Source: Candidatus Magasanikiibacteriota bacterium
Lineage (GTDB): Bacteria > Patescibacteriota > Patescibacteriia > Magasanikbacterales > GWA2-37-8
Length of the DNA stretch: 64,000 nucleotides
NCBI GenBank assembly: GCA_017991415.1
Contig: JAGOQR010000001.1
Span: forward strand, 212,490-276,489
Direction: 5' to 3'
Shown here in pieces: positions 18,927 through 27,874 of the stretch. The position numbers and the translations under genes are program-made. Within the stretch, counting starts at the first letter, position 1. Each line of letters starts with the position of its first letter. Under the pieces are notes generated by a model. The model was not told where the DNA came from. It ran no database searches and saw only the letters and a list, made by a program, of their open reading frames with translations.

Positions 18927-19961
18927 TTATTTTTTCCAAATATACACTACGAGCCTCCAACCATACTTAGCAGCGAAGAGTACTATGAGCGCGTAGATAA
19001 AATATGGAATCAGAGTAAAGAGCAAACCGATAAGATTGATAGAAGCATCCTGTAAAGCCCTGTTAATCGTGAAGACAAAATTTTTCACCGCAGCTTGCCA
19101 AGAATCTTTTAAATTTTTACCATCTATATATTTATTTTCATAGACGCTTACACTAAAATAGGTATATTCAAGCCTGTCCATTTGCTCTGTCTTTGCTCTG
19201 GCTAAATAATCTAGCTGCTGATTAATATTTATTCGCTCCTGAGTCATACGTTCTATTAACTGCACCTTACTATCAATAATTTTTGCAAGACTTGAAGCAT
19301 CTTGCGTTTTAACTGCAAGTGCCGTAATTTGATCGTAGGCCGTTAATGCATTTTTTAATGTCTCATCAATCGAAGCTCGTTTCTTTTCTAAAATTTCGGT
19401 TTGACTCGTAAAATCATCTATCTGGCTTTTGATAGTACGGGTATTTTCAGATAAATCCTTTGGATCAAAATCTTTGATAACTGCTAAAATTTCTCCAGCC
19501 CGAACATGCTCTACCTTGAATGTATAAGCACAATTACGATCGGATTCTTGCGCGTTTTCAAAAATAACATGCTTTAATGATTTTAGATTTGCAATTTGAC
19601 TGCAGACCTCAGCTTTGTTTCCTGTTTCTATTACAGCGCTATAATCTGTTACTTCAAAATCTTCAGCTGTATTTCCGATTGTAGTCTGTGATTGCATCAG
19701 CGCCGTATTTCTATAGGACAGATCGGCAATAGGCATGCCTTTTGAAGAATCCATGGCTATCTCTCCCATACGAGCACTGCCATAAAAACTTGGGGCAACC
19801 GAAGAAACACTTTCTCCTGTATGAGGAGTCAGAAAAGGGCGGACGGAGGAATTTATTAAACTGAGAACAAACACGACCGCCACTACTCCAAATAAGCCCA
19901 GCACCGCTACCTTAAATAAATGTAAGGGTTTTTTAAGATCTATATCTTTTAAAAATTGCAT
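18927..19961 (-). CDS. hypothetical membrane protein with central coiled-coil (DUF4349-like architecture)
   Basis: 344 aa with N-terminal TM, an extended coiled-coil and a C-terminal TM helix. Confidence 0.35.
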   Translation of the reverse strand: MQFLKDIDLKKPLHLFKVAVLGLFGVVAVVFVLSLINSSVRPFLTPHTGESVSSVAPSFYGSARMGEIAMDSSKGMPIADLSYRNTALMQSQTTIGNTAEDFEVTDYSAVIETGNKAEVCSQIANLKSLKHVIFENAQESDRNCAYTFKVEHVRAGEILAVIKDFDPKDLSENTRTIKSQIDDFTSQTEILEKKRASIDETLKNALTAYDQITALAVKTQDASSLAKIIDSKVQLIERMTQERININQQLDYLARAKTEQMDRLEYTYFSVSVYENKYIDGKNLKDSWQAAVKNFVFTINRALQDASINLIGLLFTLIPYFIYALIVLFAAKYGWRLVVYIWKK

Positions 19962-20115
19962 ATATTTTAGTTACATTAATAGACTTATAATAACTCTATA
20001 CAGATATAATGCCTCAACAAGGCAATATGTTACAGATACAAGTAATTATACCATATACTACAATAAGCATTTTCGGGTTGACCAGCTATTTCTTCTCAGG
20101 TAATCTTAGATTACT

Positions 20116-20961
20116 ATGAATCACTATCACACAATAAAAAAGGCAATAGAGCTTATAAGCACGGATCGCGCGGACGATTATACTTTTTTAAACGTAGCTC
20201 AATCTTTAAAAATAAGCCCGAGCCATTTACGTAAAATTTTTATTGAATGGACAGGTATTAGCCCTAAACAATTTGATAGATATTTAACACTTACTAAAGC
20301 TAAAAACTTTTTAAGTCAACATAAAAATCATATACAAACGAGCCTTCTCTCTGGACTTAGTAGCGGCGGTCGACTCCATGATTTATTTGTTAATATCGAA
20401 GCCATGACACCAGGTGAGTACCAACATGGCGGAGCCAACCTAACTATACACTACTCAGTTTTTGAAAGTAGGTTTGGCACTGTTCTTGTTGCTTCTACCA
20501 ATCGAGGCGTATGCAATATACTATTTTGCAACAACATAAAAGATGGTCTGGCAGACTTAACAAAACGCTGGCCTAATGCCAACATTCTCCACAAAATAAA
20601 ACCGTCCCACCGAGTCATTCAAAAATATTTTACCCATTTAAAATCAACTTCAAAAATAAAATTTCATGTGCATGGCACCAACTTTCAAATCAAAGTATGG
20701 GAAGCCTTACTCTCTATTCCTCTTGGCATACATACTACCTATGGCAGCATTGCAGCCCATATTGGCAAACCAAAAGCAGTGCGGGCAGTCGGCAGTGCTA
20801 TTGGCGACAATCCTGTTTGCTATATTATCCCCTGCCACCGCGTCCTTCGATCAAATGGCGATATCGGTGGCTACTACTGGGGAGTAGATCGAAAACGAAC
20901 TATGCTTACGTATGAAGAAATAAAAAATAATGGCCACTTGAACCATTATTTTAAAATATAA
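20116..20961 (+). CDS. Ada-like bifunctional protein: AraC-type HTH regulator fused to methylated-DNA-protein-cysteine methyltransferase (Ogt/MGMT)
   Basis: 281 aa. N-terminal AraC HTH. C-terminal MGMT active site IPCHRVL and the helix-turn-wing DNA-binding region. Confidence 0.8.
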   Translation: MNHYHTIKKAIELISTDRADDYTFLNVAQSLKISPSHLRKIFIEWTGISPKQFDRYLTLTKAKNFLSQHKNHIQTSLLSGLSSGGRLHDLFVNIEAMTPGEYQHGGANLTIHYSVFESRFGTVLVASTNRGVCNILFCNNIKDGLADLTKRWPNANILHKIKPSHRVIQKYFTHLKSTSKIKFHVHGTNFQIKVWEALLSIPLGIHTTYGSIAAHIGKPKAVRAVGSAIGDNPVCYIIPCHRVLRSNGDIGGYYWGVDRKRTMLTYEEIKNNGHLNHYFKI

Positions 20962-20967
20962 TTTAAT

Positions 20968-21162
20968 CTACAACGAGTCTGTCTTAGGTCGATTTAATTT
21001 ACCTGCAGCAACTGGATTTGGAAATTTCTTTTTGGTAACCCATTTTTTTCTTTCATCGATCTGATACTTGCCTGTCTTCTGTGGCGAATCACCCTCATCG
21101 GACTGAGAAGCCTTGGCGGCTTTTAACTTATCAATCTGTTTTTTATACCATTTCATACTCAT
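20968..21162 (-). CDS. small basic hypothetical protein
   Basis: 64 aa, Lys-rich, no known domain. Confidence 0.25.
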   Translation of the reverse strand: MSMKWYKKQIDKLKAAKASQSDEGDSPQKTGKYQIDERKKWVTKKKFPNPVAAGKLNRPKTDSL

Positions 21163-21173
21163 TATAATTAATT

Positions 21174-21653
21174 CTAATACTGCGACTTATCAACAAATTT
21201 TTCTCGATAATAATAGAGAACACCAAGAGGCACGGCATCAATTGCAAGAGTTACTACATTCAAAAAGAAATAAATACCTCCATCTCTACCTGGCAGCAAC
21301 ACTGAAATGAGCGCACCTACAAAACTTAACCCCATTATCACCATGGCGCCAACATACGCTTTTTTTTCCATTTTGGCTATTAATCGTGCGTACTTAATAA
21401 TAATGAGCCCTATAATAATAGGGATTAAACCGAGCCCAAAAACTAACAGCATTCGCGCACCTCGTAAAATACAAGCGACTCCAGAAAACCACATCAAAAT
21501 AATAACAAACCGCAACTGCCACGGCAGTTTGCCCGAATTAGCTGAATCTAATTTTTGAGCGTTCACCTCGGAATTGGCTACTTGGCTTGGAGAATCTTCC
21601 ATAGTACACATGTATAATACTAAAATTGTAACAATAAACAAAAAATTCTGCAA
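21174..21653 (-). CDS. hypothetical membrane protein (4 TM)
   Basis: 159 aa, hydrophobic helices only. Confidence 0.35.
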   Translation of the reverse strand: MQNFLFIVTILVLYMCTMEDSPSQVANSEVNAQKLDSANSGKLPWQLRFVIILMWFSGVACILRGARMLLVFGLGLIPIIIGLIIIKYARLIAKMEKKAYVGAMVIMGLSFVGALISVLLPGRDGGIYFFLNVVTLAIDAVPLGVLYYYREKFVDKSQY

Positions 21654-21679
21654 CTACTTTTTTCAAGAAAAGTTTATTA

Positions 21680-23017
21680 TTATATAAAAAATAGATAGAT
21701 AGCGCTACTAAAAATAATGACCAGCGCAGAAATAAAAAATTTAAAAGCAAACTGTTTTGTGCCCTGCAAATAAGAATACACTGTTTTACTAATTAAATTG
21801 GTAGCATTTACTAAAATAAAAGTAATAAATGCAAATTCAAAAGTAATGCTATGCCCAGCCATATCAGCTAAATTTACTAGAATTGCATCAAGCCCAGCCA
21901 GCGATGCAATTACAGAACTAATGACAAACCCTGATTTACCAAAGACTAATAATGATACCTTTGTAATGATTTTTACTGCAATTAAAATGCCTGCAAACTT
22001 GAGCGCAGGCATTAGAGAAAATATTTTTGTTGGTTTTACTTCTTGGCTTGGCGATTCATCTGACTCCTTTTTCTTTAAAAGAACTAGAGCAATAAACCCC
22101 GCCACTAAAATCATCAGCAAAATGCTCGGAGCAATCGAAACAAGCCATTTCGGATTTAATGGACCTACCAATAAAAATATTTGCAAAAAACTGGCTAGGT
22201 TAGCAAGTAGCGCTGCCCCAACTAGATGATTGGCAAAAGAAGAATGCTTACTTTTTTGAGCAAGCGACTGAGTTGCAGAAGTAGAAGAAACAAACCCTGC
22301 AATAAAACTAGTAAGAGCAAACCCTTTTTTATTACCAATAATTTTTCCTAAAATATATCCAAATACATCAATGCCTGTAATAAGAACAACGATAAACCAA
22401 ACTTTACGTGGATTAATGAGTTCCAAAGCACTAAACTGTCCCATTTCGACACCTATACCATTTAGAATAGCTGGCAAAACTGGAAGATCAGAAAGTTTAT
22501 AAGCAACATCAGGCAGAAACGGTAAAACAACTAAAGCAATAACTGCATAACTAATAAAAGACTGTAACTCTTCTCGAGAAATACCAGCAATTAATTGACT
22601 GGTCTTGGATTTTACCGATAAGACAAGCATGAGAATAACAAAAACTGCAACAATTATCTGCAACGGAATAATATCGAGCACCAACAATAAGCCAATTAAA
22701 AAAGTAATAATAACCGAAAGTTCTGTAGTAAGACCGAAATCTTTGGTTACAGAGACACCAGATATATAGTACGAGATAAGTAGCACTAAGAAACCGCCTG
22801 CAATAAGCAGCGCTAAGGAAGCAAAATTATGTACAAAAAATATACCAACGAGTGCTCCGATGAGAGCAATAAGTGAATACGTACGAATACCGCCCAAGGC
22901 GCTAGGCCCTTGTTTACTACCTTCTCGCTCCAAACCAATGGTTGCTCCCAAAATAATTGCTAATACTAATTTAGAAAATAATCCTGTAAACATGCAATAA
23001 ATGTTATAATTTATCAA
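21680..23017 (-). CDS. MgtC/SapB-family membrane protein with C-terminal DUF4010-like domain
   Basis: 445 aa. N-terminal MgtC signature LAIILGATIGLEREGSKQGPSALGGIRTYSLIALIGA. Polytopic. Confidence 0.6.
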   Translation of the reverse strand: MINYNIYCMFTGLFSKLVLAIILGATIGLEREGSKQGPSALGGIRTYSLIALIGALVGIFFVHNFASLALLIAGGFLVLLISYYISGVSVTKDFGLTTELSVIITFLIGLLLVLDIIPLQIIVAVFVILMLVLSVKSKTSQLIAGISREELQSFISYAVIALVVLPFLPDVAYKLSDLPVLPAILNGIGVEMGQFSALELINPRKVWFIVVLITGIDVFGYILGKIIGNKKGFALTSFIAGFVSSTSATQSLAQKSKHSSFANHLVGAALLANLASFLQIFLLVGPLNPKWLVSIAPSILLMILVAGFIALVLLKKKESDESPSQEVKPTKIFSLMPALKFAGILIAVKIITKVSLLVFGKSGFVISSVIASLAGLDAILVNLADMAGHSITFEFAFITFILVNATNLISKTVYSYLQGTKQFAFKFFISALVIIFSSAIYLFFI

Positions 23018-23059
23018 TCTATTTTATATAAAAAAAATTTTACTGTCCAGGCTATAATA

Positions 23060-23092
23060 AAAATCACTTCGTACAATGTACGAAGTGATTTT
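23060..23092 (-). terminator. palindromic hairpin terminator (AAAATCACTTCGTACA/TGTACGAAGTGATTTT)
   Basis: 16-bp perfect inverted repeat with a T-rich stretch after it on the minus strand. Downstream of the island B gene. Confidence 0.55.
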
Positions 23093-23103
23093 ATATTTGG
23101 GAT

Positions 23104-23162
23104 TCTCCAGAGCGCTTCTGGGGCCAATTATTTTTGGCACAAGAAGCGCAAACTCTGGAGAA
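23104..23162. repeat. long imperfect inverted repeat (TTCTCCAGAGCGCTTCT ... AGAAGCGCaaaCTCTGGAGAA)
   Basis: About 18-bp stem with a 3-nt bulge and 21-nt loop, directly 3' of the high-GC gene. Possible terminator or recombination-site remnant. Confidence 0.4.
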
Positions 23163-23205
23163 TTTCTATTTCTCAAAGAGCGCGCTTACTGCTTAGCAAC
23201 CTTGA

Positions 23206-23847
23206 TCAGGCAGCCTTCTTGGAAGCGTTCTCCGACTCGCTGTTGAGGAGCTCGAGGATCGAGGCGAACTGCGACTCGCCGAGGCTGCCGCTCTTCCACT
23301 TGTTCTGGAGGAGCTGACCCACCGTCTGCTGCTGCCCCTTGGATCCGGTGCGGCATCGGAGGGCCTTGCCATCCGAGAGGTGGAACACCTCCGCGTTGCG
23401 GGGGCTGCCGTCCTTCTTGAGGACCAGAACCACCTTGATCACGCCGCACTGCCTGGCGAAGGTCCGCATGGACGCGAAATCCGGGGACCGAGCGGGCTTG
23501 ACGACCGAGGGGTTCGGCGACAGCGGCACGGGGCTGCTGGGGATCTTGACCTTGTTGCTCTCGACCACGATCTTGGGGTCGAACATGCGGAGCTTGGAGC
23601 CCTGGAGCTGGTTGTAGGCCCAGCGCGACACGCCGGGCATCCAGTTCTTGCACTGCTCGATGAGGATCGCCTCGCGCGAACCCGCGAACTCAACCGACTC
23701 GAAGCGGTTGTTGTGATCCACCCGGAACAGGCGCTCCACTCCCTTGAAGTACACGTAGGTGCCTCGAGACGAGGTGCAGGACTGACCGAGGTGGCGAGCG
23801 GGCAAGTTGTTCGTACGCTGCTTGGCGTGAACGAGAATCTTCTTCAT
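23206..23847 (-). CDS. hypothetical protein encoded by high-GC island B (foreign composition)
   Basis: 213 aa starting MKKILVHAKQRTNNLPARHLGQ.... ATG at 23847 with a perfect SD AAGGAG 6 nt upstream. GC-rich codons (GCC/CTC/GAG/CGC) in an AT-rich genome. The longer 268-aa ORF in the track runs through the leader and is unlikely to be the real N-terminus. No confident family match. Confidence 0.5.
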   Translation of the reverse strand: MKKILVHAKQRTNNLPARHLGQSCTSSRGTYVYFKGVERLFRVDHNNRFESVEFAGSREAILIEQCKNWMPGVSRWAYNQLQGSKLRMFDPKIVVESNKVKIPSSPVPLSPNPSVVKPARSPDFASMRTFARQCGVIKVVLVLKKDGSPRNAEVFHLSDGKALRCRTGSKGQQQTVGQLLQNKWKSGSLGESQFASILELLNSESENASKKAA

Positions 23848-24015
23848 CGTGATCTCCTTGGAACGAAACGTGGGCGGCGATCCCATAACAGGATCACCAG
23901 AAATGGTGCAGTAGTTTCTCTCTGATTTTGATGCCCAAAAAAGACAACAAAAACAGAGAGAAACAACGCGTATCTTTGAATTGTAAAGAAATTGTTGCCT
24001 AAAACGCAACAAAAC

Positions 24016-24044
24016 AATATACCATAAAAATCAACTTTTGTCAA
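24016..24044 (-). promoter_or_regulatory. consensus sigma-70 promoter TTGACA-N17-TATATT (minus strand)
   Basis: Minus-strand TTGACA at 24044-24039, 17-nt spacer, TATATT at 24021-16. AT-rich leader of about 165 nt to the ATG at 23847. Confidence 0.55.
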
Positions 24045-24081
24045 TGTACCCTAAAAAACAAAAGGAAGGACATTTACAAAT

Positions 24082-24840
24082 CTATGGAGCTTGAAAATTA
24101 GAAATTTTTTTAAACCGAATAATACTCGGGACTCTGCTATACCCTTCGTGCCAATATCCTTCCCCTTCCCAATTTTTATATATACCAGTCGAAGGACCCC
24201 CATCCAAATTAAGCGCAGCATCAAATTTTATCTGTAATGCCAAAATCTTATTCATCATCTCGTATAAACTAATCTCTGATAGACTTATGAGTATATACGC
24301 ATTCCCCACTACATCCGTAGCCAATACCGATCGATTAGCTTTTTTTCCCGAATCTTCACTCAGAGCAGGTTTTTCATGCTTAATAAGAAACGGATAGCTT
24401 TGGAGAGCAAATTCAAATGATTCATTTTCTTTAATTGGATCTGTGGCCAAATCGCGAATACTAACTACACCTTTTTTAATTACAAAAAGCCCACTCTTAT
24501 CCTGGTCAAACAATCTTTCGCCTATTCTTTTTCCATTAACTACCAAAAAACCAGAGGGAGTGTAATCTTCATTAAAAAATCCTCCGTTAATTACGATTTC
24601 TAAATTATCCGTTCTCCACTCTGATATATATTTTCCCTCTTTATCATATTCAATTTGAGCTGCATAGTTTTTTGGCTCTAATTTTACGACGAGCAAATCT
24701 TCTTGCTGACCAATAATTTTTTGAATAGATGAAATAGGTCCTTTAATATCTGGAACCTCGGGCACCGAACGCACAGAACAACCTGCCATAAGGAGCGACA
24801 TAAGAACAGAAAAAATAATAATTGCTATATTTATTTTCAT
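24082..24840 (-). CDS. phosphodiester glycosidase-family (DUF2233) lipoprotein
   Basis: 252 aa. Lipobox LLMAGCS. C-terminal NLDGGPSTGI motif typical of the phosphodiester glycosidase family. Confidence 0.5.
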   Translation of the reverse strand: MKINIAIIIFSVLMSLLMAGCSVRSVPEVPDIKGPISSIQKIIGQQEDLLVVKLEPKNYAAQIEYDKEGKYISEWRTDNLEIVINGGFFNEDYTPSGFLVVNGKRIGERLFDQDKSGLFVIKKGVVSIRDLATDPIKENESFEFALQSYPFLIKHEKPALSEDSGKKANRSVLATDVVGNAYILISLSEISLYEMMNKILALQIKFDAALNLDGGPSTGIYKNWEGEGYWHEGYSRVPSIIRFKKISNFQAP

Positions 24841-24880
24841 ATATCACATAATAACATATAGAAGTAATGTACGCCTAGAG

Positions 24881-24913
24881 ATAAAAGCACCCCAATTGCT
24901 CAGGGTGCTTTTA
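24881..24913 (-). terminator. rho-independent terminator downstream of marR-doxX
   Basis: AGCACCC-CAATTGCTCA-GGGTGCT hairpin with flanking A-run and T-run. Confidence 0.6.
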
Positions 24914-24936
24914 TCAGCATGTCGCGGTATTACGTT

Positions 24937-25377
24937 TTATACCATGAGTGCCTTACCACCAATTTCAAGTAAAATAGTGGACAAACGTTCAATTTCTTTT
25001 GTTTCATGGGCAGAAACAAAATCTTCCGCAAAAACATCTAACCGCTCTAATGCTTCTCCTAATTTTTCCTTGCCAACTGCCGAGAGCATTACAAAGCGCA
25101 CACGAGCATCGTCTTCTACTGGCCCGCTTTTAACTAAATGGATTTTTTCCATTGGCAGAAGCAACCGAGTTACACCAGAGGCAGTCATACCAATTTTTTT
25201 AGCCAATTCAATACGGCTAATCTTTTGCTCTTCGGCGTGACTAATATAATATAGTATTAAGAACTCATTAAAACCAAGCCCTCCCAGGCCTCTATCAAAA
25301 CGATTTGTTAGGATGGAATGAGTTTTACCAAGATTGATAAAAAATTTAACGACCGGATTAATTGTTTGCATATACAA
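24937..25377 (-). CDS. MarR-family transcriptional regulator
   Basis: 146 aa with a winged-HTH (ISRIELAKKIGMTASGVTRLLLPMEKIHLV). Confidence 0.75.
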   Translation of the reverse strand: MYMQTINPVVKFFINLGKTHSILTNRFDRGLGGLGFNEFLILYYISHAEEQKISRIELAKKIGMTASGVTRLLLPMEKIHLVKSGPVEDDARVRFVMLSAVGKEKLGEALERLDVFAEDFVSAHETKEIERLSTILLEIGGKALMV

Positions 25378-25448
25378 TATACTTAATAAATGATTGATTA
25401 ATCAAGTATATAGCAAGCAAGCTACTTTGTCAAGCCCTTCTTTTTTAA

Positions 25449-25829
25449 CTATCCAGTAGTTTTAACTGAATTAATCTTATGGTAATACACATAAGAAACT
25501 ATAAGTATACCGAGTGCAACCACAGGAAAAAATAATGTGGAAAGTTTTATACCATCTACAACTGCCAAACTCACAAATGCAGATATAAAATCAAATCCAA
25601 AACCAGCATAGGCCCATTCCTTTACTCGTTTTGGAACTACTGGAATAACTAAAGCTAACGAACCTAAGACTTTAAAGACAACAAGCATTACTCCAAAATA
25701 ATCGGGGTAACCTAAATGTCTAATCCCCTCTTTTGCAAATTCTGTTTGCGATGTTAGAGCAGGCATAAGCCCTTCTAGCAAAAAGATAAATCCAGTAGCT
25801 GCCCAAAAAATTATTTTTTCCTTTTTCAT
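25449..25829 (-). CDS. DoxX-family membrane protein
   Basis: 126 aa, 4 TM, DoxX-like. Confidence 0.5.
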   Translation of the reverse strand: MKKEKIIFWAATGFIFLLEGLMPALTSQTEFAKEGIRHLGYPDYFGVMLVVFKVLGSLALVIPVVPKRVKEWAYAGFGFDFISAFVSLAVVDGIKLSTLFFPVVALGILIVSYVYYHKINSVKTTG

Positions 25830-25951
25830 ATAATAATTAATTATTTTCTACAAGTATTAATTTCTCTTTTTCTTAGGGGTCTAAATAAAGGCGCTGGCTT
25901 ATGTTTACAAAACAAGAAATAATACTTGAATTTTTAGCACCTACAGCTATT

Positions 25952-27856
25952 TTACAAATTAGAGATAGCAGATAGTTTACTAGCACGTAATGCATTAAAA
26001 ATAACAAGAACATCAATTAATTCTTGAAAGAGAGCACCCAGTAACGGTGGCACAAAGCCAAATAAAGCGCAGAACATCAAGAAAATACTAAGTCCAATAC
26101 CAACCCAGATACTCTGCAAAGCGATACGAATGGTTCTTTTTGCAATCGAAATTATAAATGGTACCAATGAAAGATCGCCGCCCAAAAATACAATATCCGC
26201 TGCTTCAGATGCAGCCGTATGCTCTTCATTACTAAACACCAAACCGATATTAGCAACAGCCAGTGCAGGGGCATCATTAATTCCATCCCCTATCATCGCC
26301 ACTATAGCGCCGCTTTTTTTTAATTCTTCTACTCGAGTTTTTTTATCTTCCGGCGTACAGTTGGCATAAACCACAATACCTGATGCAGTATCACCTAAAT
26401 GATCTATAATCTTTCGAGCATTTTCTTCTCGATCACCCGTAAATATATATAATACTATACCTAGCGCTCTCAAAGTATCGATGCTTTCAACTGAATCATC
26501 TTTTAAACGATCTTCAAATTCAAAACGGGCGATTACACTGCTATTTCGCAATAATTCTACCGCGTTAGTAGAATGTGTTTGACTTATTTTTTGCAAGGCG
26601 TACTGGTCGCCATTAACGGTCGCAAAAATTCCCGAGCCAATTTTCTCATCAATCTTTTCTGCCATAATACGAGGCGCACCTGCAGTTTTAGCACCAGCCA
26701 CAATTGCTTTGGCCAATGGGTGTAGAGAATTCCGCTCCATGGCTTCGGCAATACTAAATACTTGCGCCATATCAAATTGAGTATCTAAAATTTTTACATT
26801 GCTTACTACTGGTTTTCCAGTAGTAAGAGTCCCGGTCTTATCAAATACAATTGCCGAGACGCGAGATAAAATTTCTAAGCTAGATATTTTTTTGGTTAAA
26901 ATCCTATTTTTTGCAGCTGTGTTCATACCACCAAACAACGCGATCGGCGTCGCCAAAATTAACGGGCATGGCGTAGCTACCACCAACACAGCCAACACTC
27001 GCTCAAGCGAATGATCAATTATATAGGCAGCCGCAGCAAGCACAAGGGTAACCATCGTAAACCATATGCTATATTTATCGGCCAAACGAATAAGCGGAGC
27101 CTTTTCAATCTGAGCTTGTCGCACCAATTCAATAATTTTTCGATAAGTAGAATCTTTATCGACGGCGGTAACGCGCAAAACCAGCATATTCCCCATATTG
27201 ACTGTTCCACTGCGCAACGTGCTGCCTGCAGTTTTTTCTACAGCAAATGGTTCGCCGGTTAGCGAAGATTCATCAAGCATTGCATCCGCTGACACTAGCA
27301 CGCCATCAAGCGGCACCACTTCGCCTTTACGAACTAAAACCTCTTCACCTAACCGTACCATACTAATCGGACGACTTTCTCCAGCATGACCACCATTCCA
27401 CATAATCACATCACTGGGGATGCGCTCTGTGAGTGCAGTCAATGATTCTTTTGCTTTAGCAGTACCATATTTTTCTAAAGTTTGGCCACCTGCCAACATA
27501 AGCACAATTACCATCGCCACTAAATACTGACCACTGACCAGGCCGACAGTAATGGCCAAAATCGCGATATAGTCCAAGGCAAACTGCTTATTCCGCAACG
27601 AAACAAGAGTTTCTTTAACTGTATCAAAGCTGCCGATAGTAATAATACCAAGAGCAATTACCGTCGCCGCTTGATTTAATTTGAAACCATACAGCACAAC
27701 ACTATAGGCCGCGATACCGACCAAAATAACCAGAGGGAGCTTAAAAAATAAAAGTATTTTTTTTACAGAACCGCTCATATTCAAAATATTAGTATACAAT
27801 TTTCCCCAGACCCATGCCCTCAGCATGGCAAAAAAATCAGCATATTCAAGCTGCAA
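25952..27856 (-). CDS. heavy-metal translocating P1B-type ATPase (TM motif PCP, no N-terminal metal-binding domain)
   Basis: 634 aa with DKTGTLT, SLHPLA, GDGINDAPAL and a TM6 TPCP motif. Starts directly with TM helices. Confidence 0.85.
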   Translation of the reverse strand: MQLEYADFFAMLRAWVWGKLYTNILNMSGSVKKILLFFKLPLVILVGIAAYSVVLYGFKLNQAATVIALGIITIGSFDTVKETLVSLRNKQFALDYIAILAITVGLVSGQYLVAMVIVLMLAGGQTLEKYGTAKAKESLTALTERIPSDVIMWNGGHAGESRPISMVRLGEEVLVRKGEVVPLDGVLVSADAMLDESSLTGEPFAVEKTAGSTLRSGTVNMGNMLVLRVTAVDKDSTYRKIIELVRQAQIEKAPLIRLADKYSIWFTMVTLVLAAAAYIIDHSLERVLAVLVVATPCPLILATPIALFGGMNTAAKNRILTKKISSLEILSRVSAIVFDKTGTLTTGKPVVSNVKILDTQFDMAQVFSIAEAMERNSLHPLAKAIVAGAKTAGAPRIMAEKIDEKIGSGIFATVNGDQYALQKISQTHSTNAVELLRNSSVIARFEFEDRLKDDSVESIDTLRALGIVLYIFTGDREENARKIIDHLGDTASGIVVYANCTPEDKKTRVEELKKSGAIVAMIGDGINDAPALAVANIGLVFSNEEHTAASEAADIVFLGGDLSLVPFIISIAKRTIRIALQSIWVGIGLSIFLMFCALFGFVPPLLGALFQELIDVLVIFNALRASKLSAISNL

Positions 27857-27874
27857 AAATTTTTGAAGCCTTAT

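Noticed and set aside
23186-23925. Several long ORFs on both strands inside high-GC island B (23186-23653 minus, 23339-23617 plus, 23380-23925 plus, 23439-23693 minus) and the 268-aa N-terminal extension to 24012
   Set aside because: High-GC DNA yields long stop-free frames by chance. Only the frame starting at ATG 23847 has an SD (AAGGAG), a promoter at the right distance and a non-low-complexity product. The others are Ala/Arg/Pro-rich antisense artefacts.
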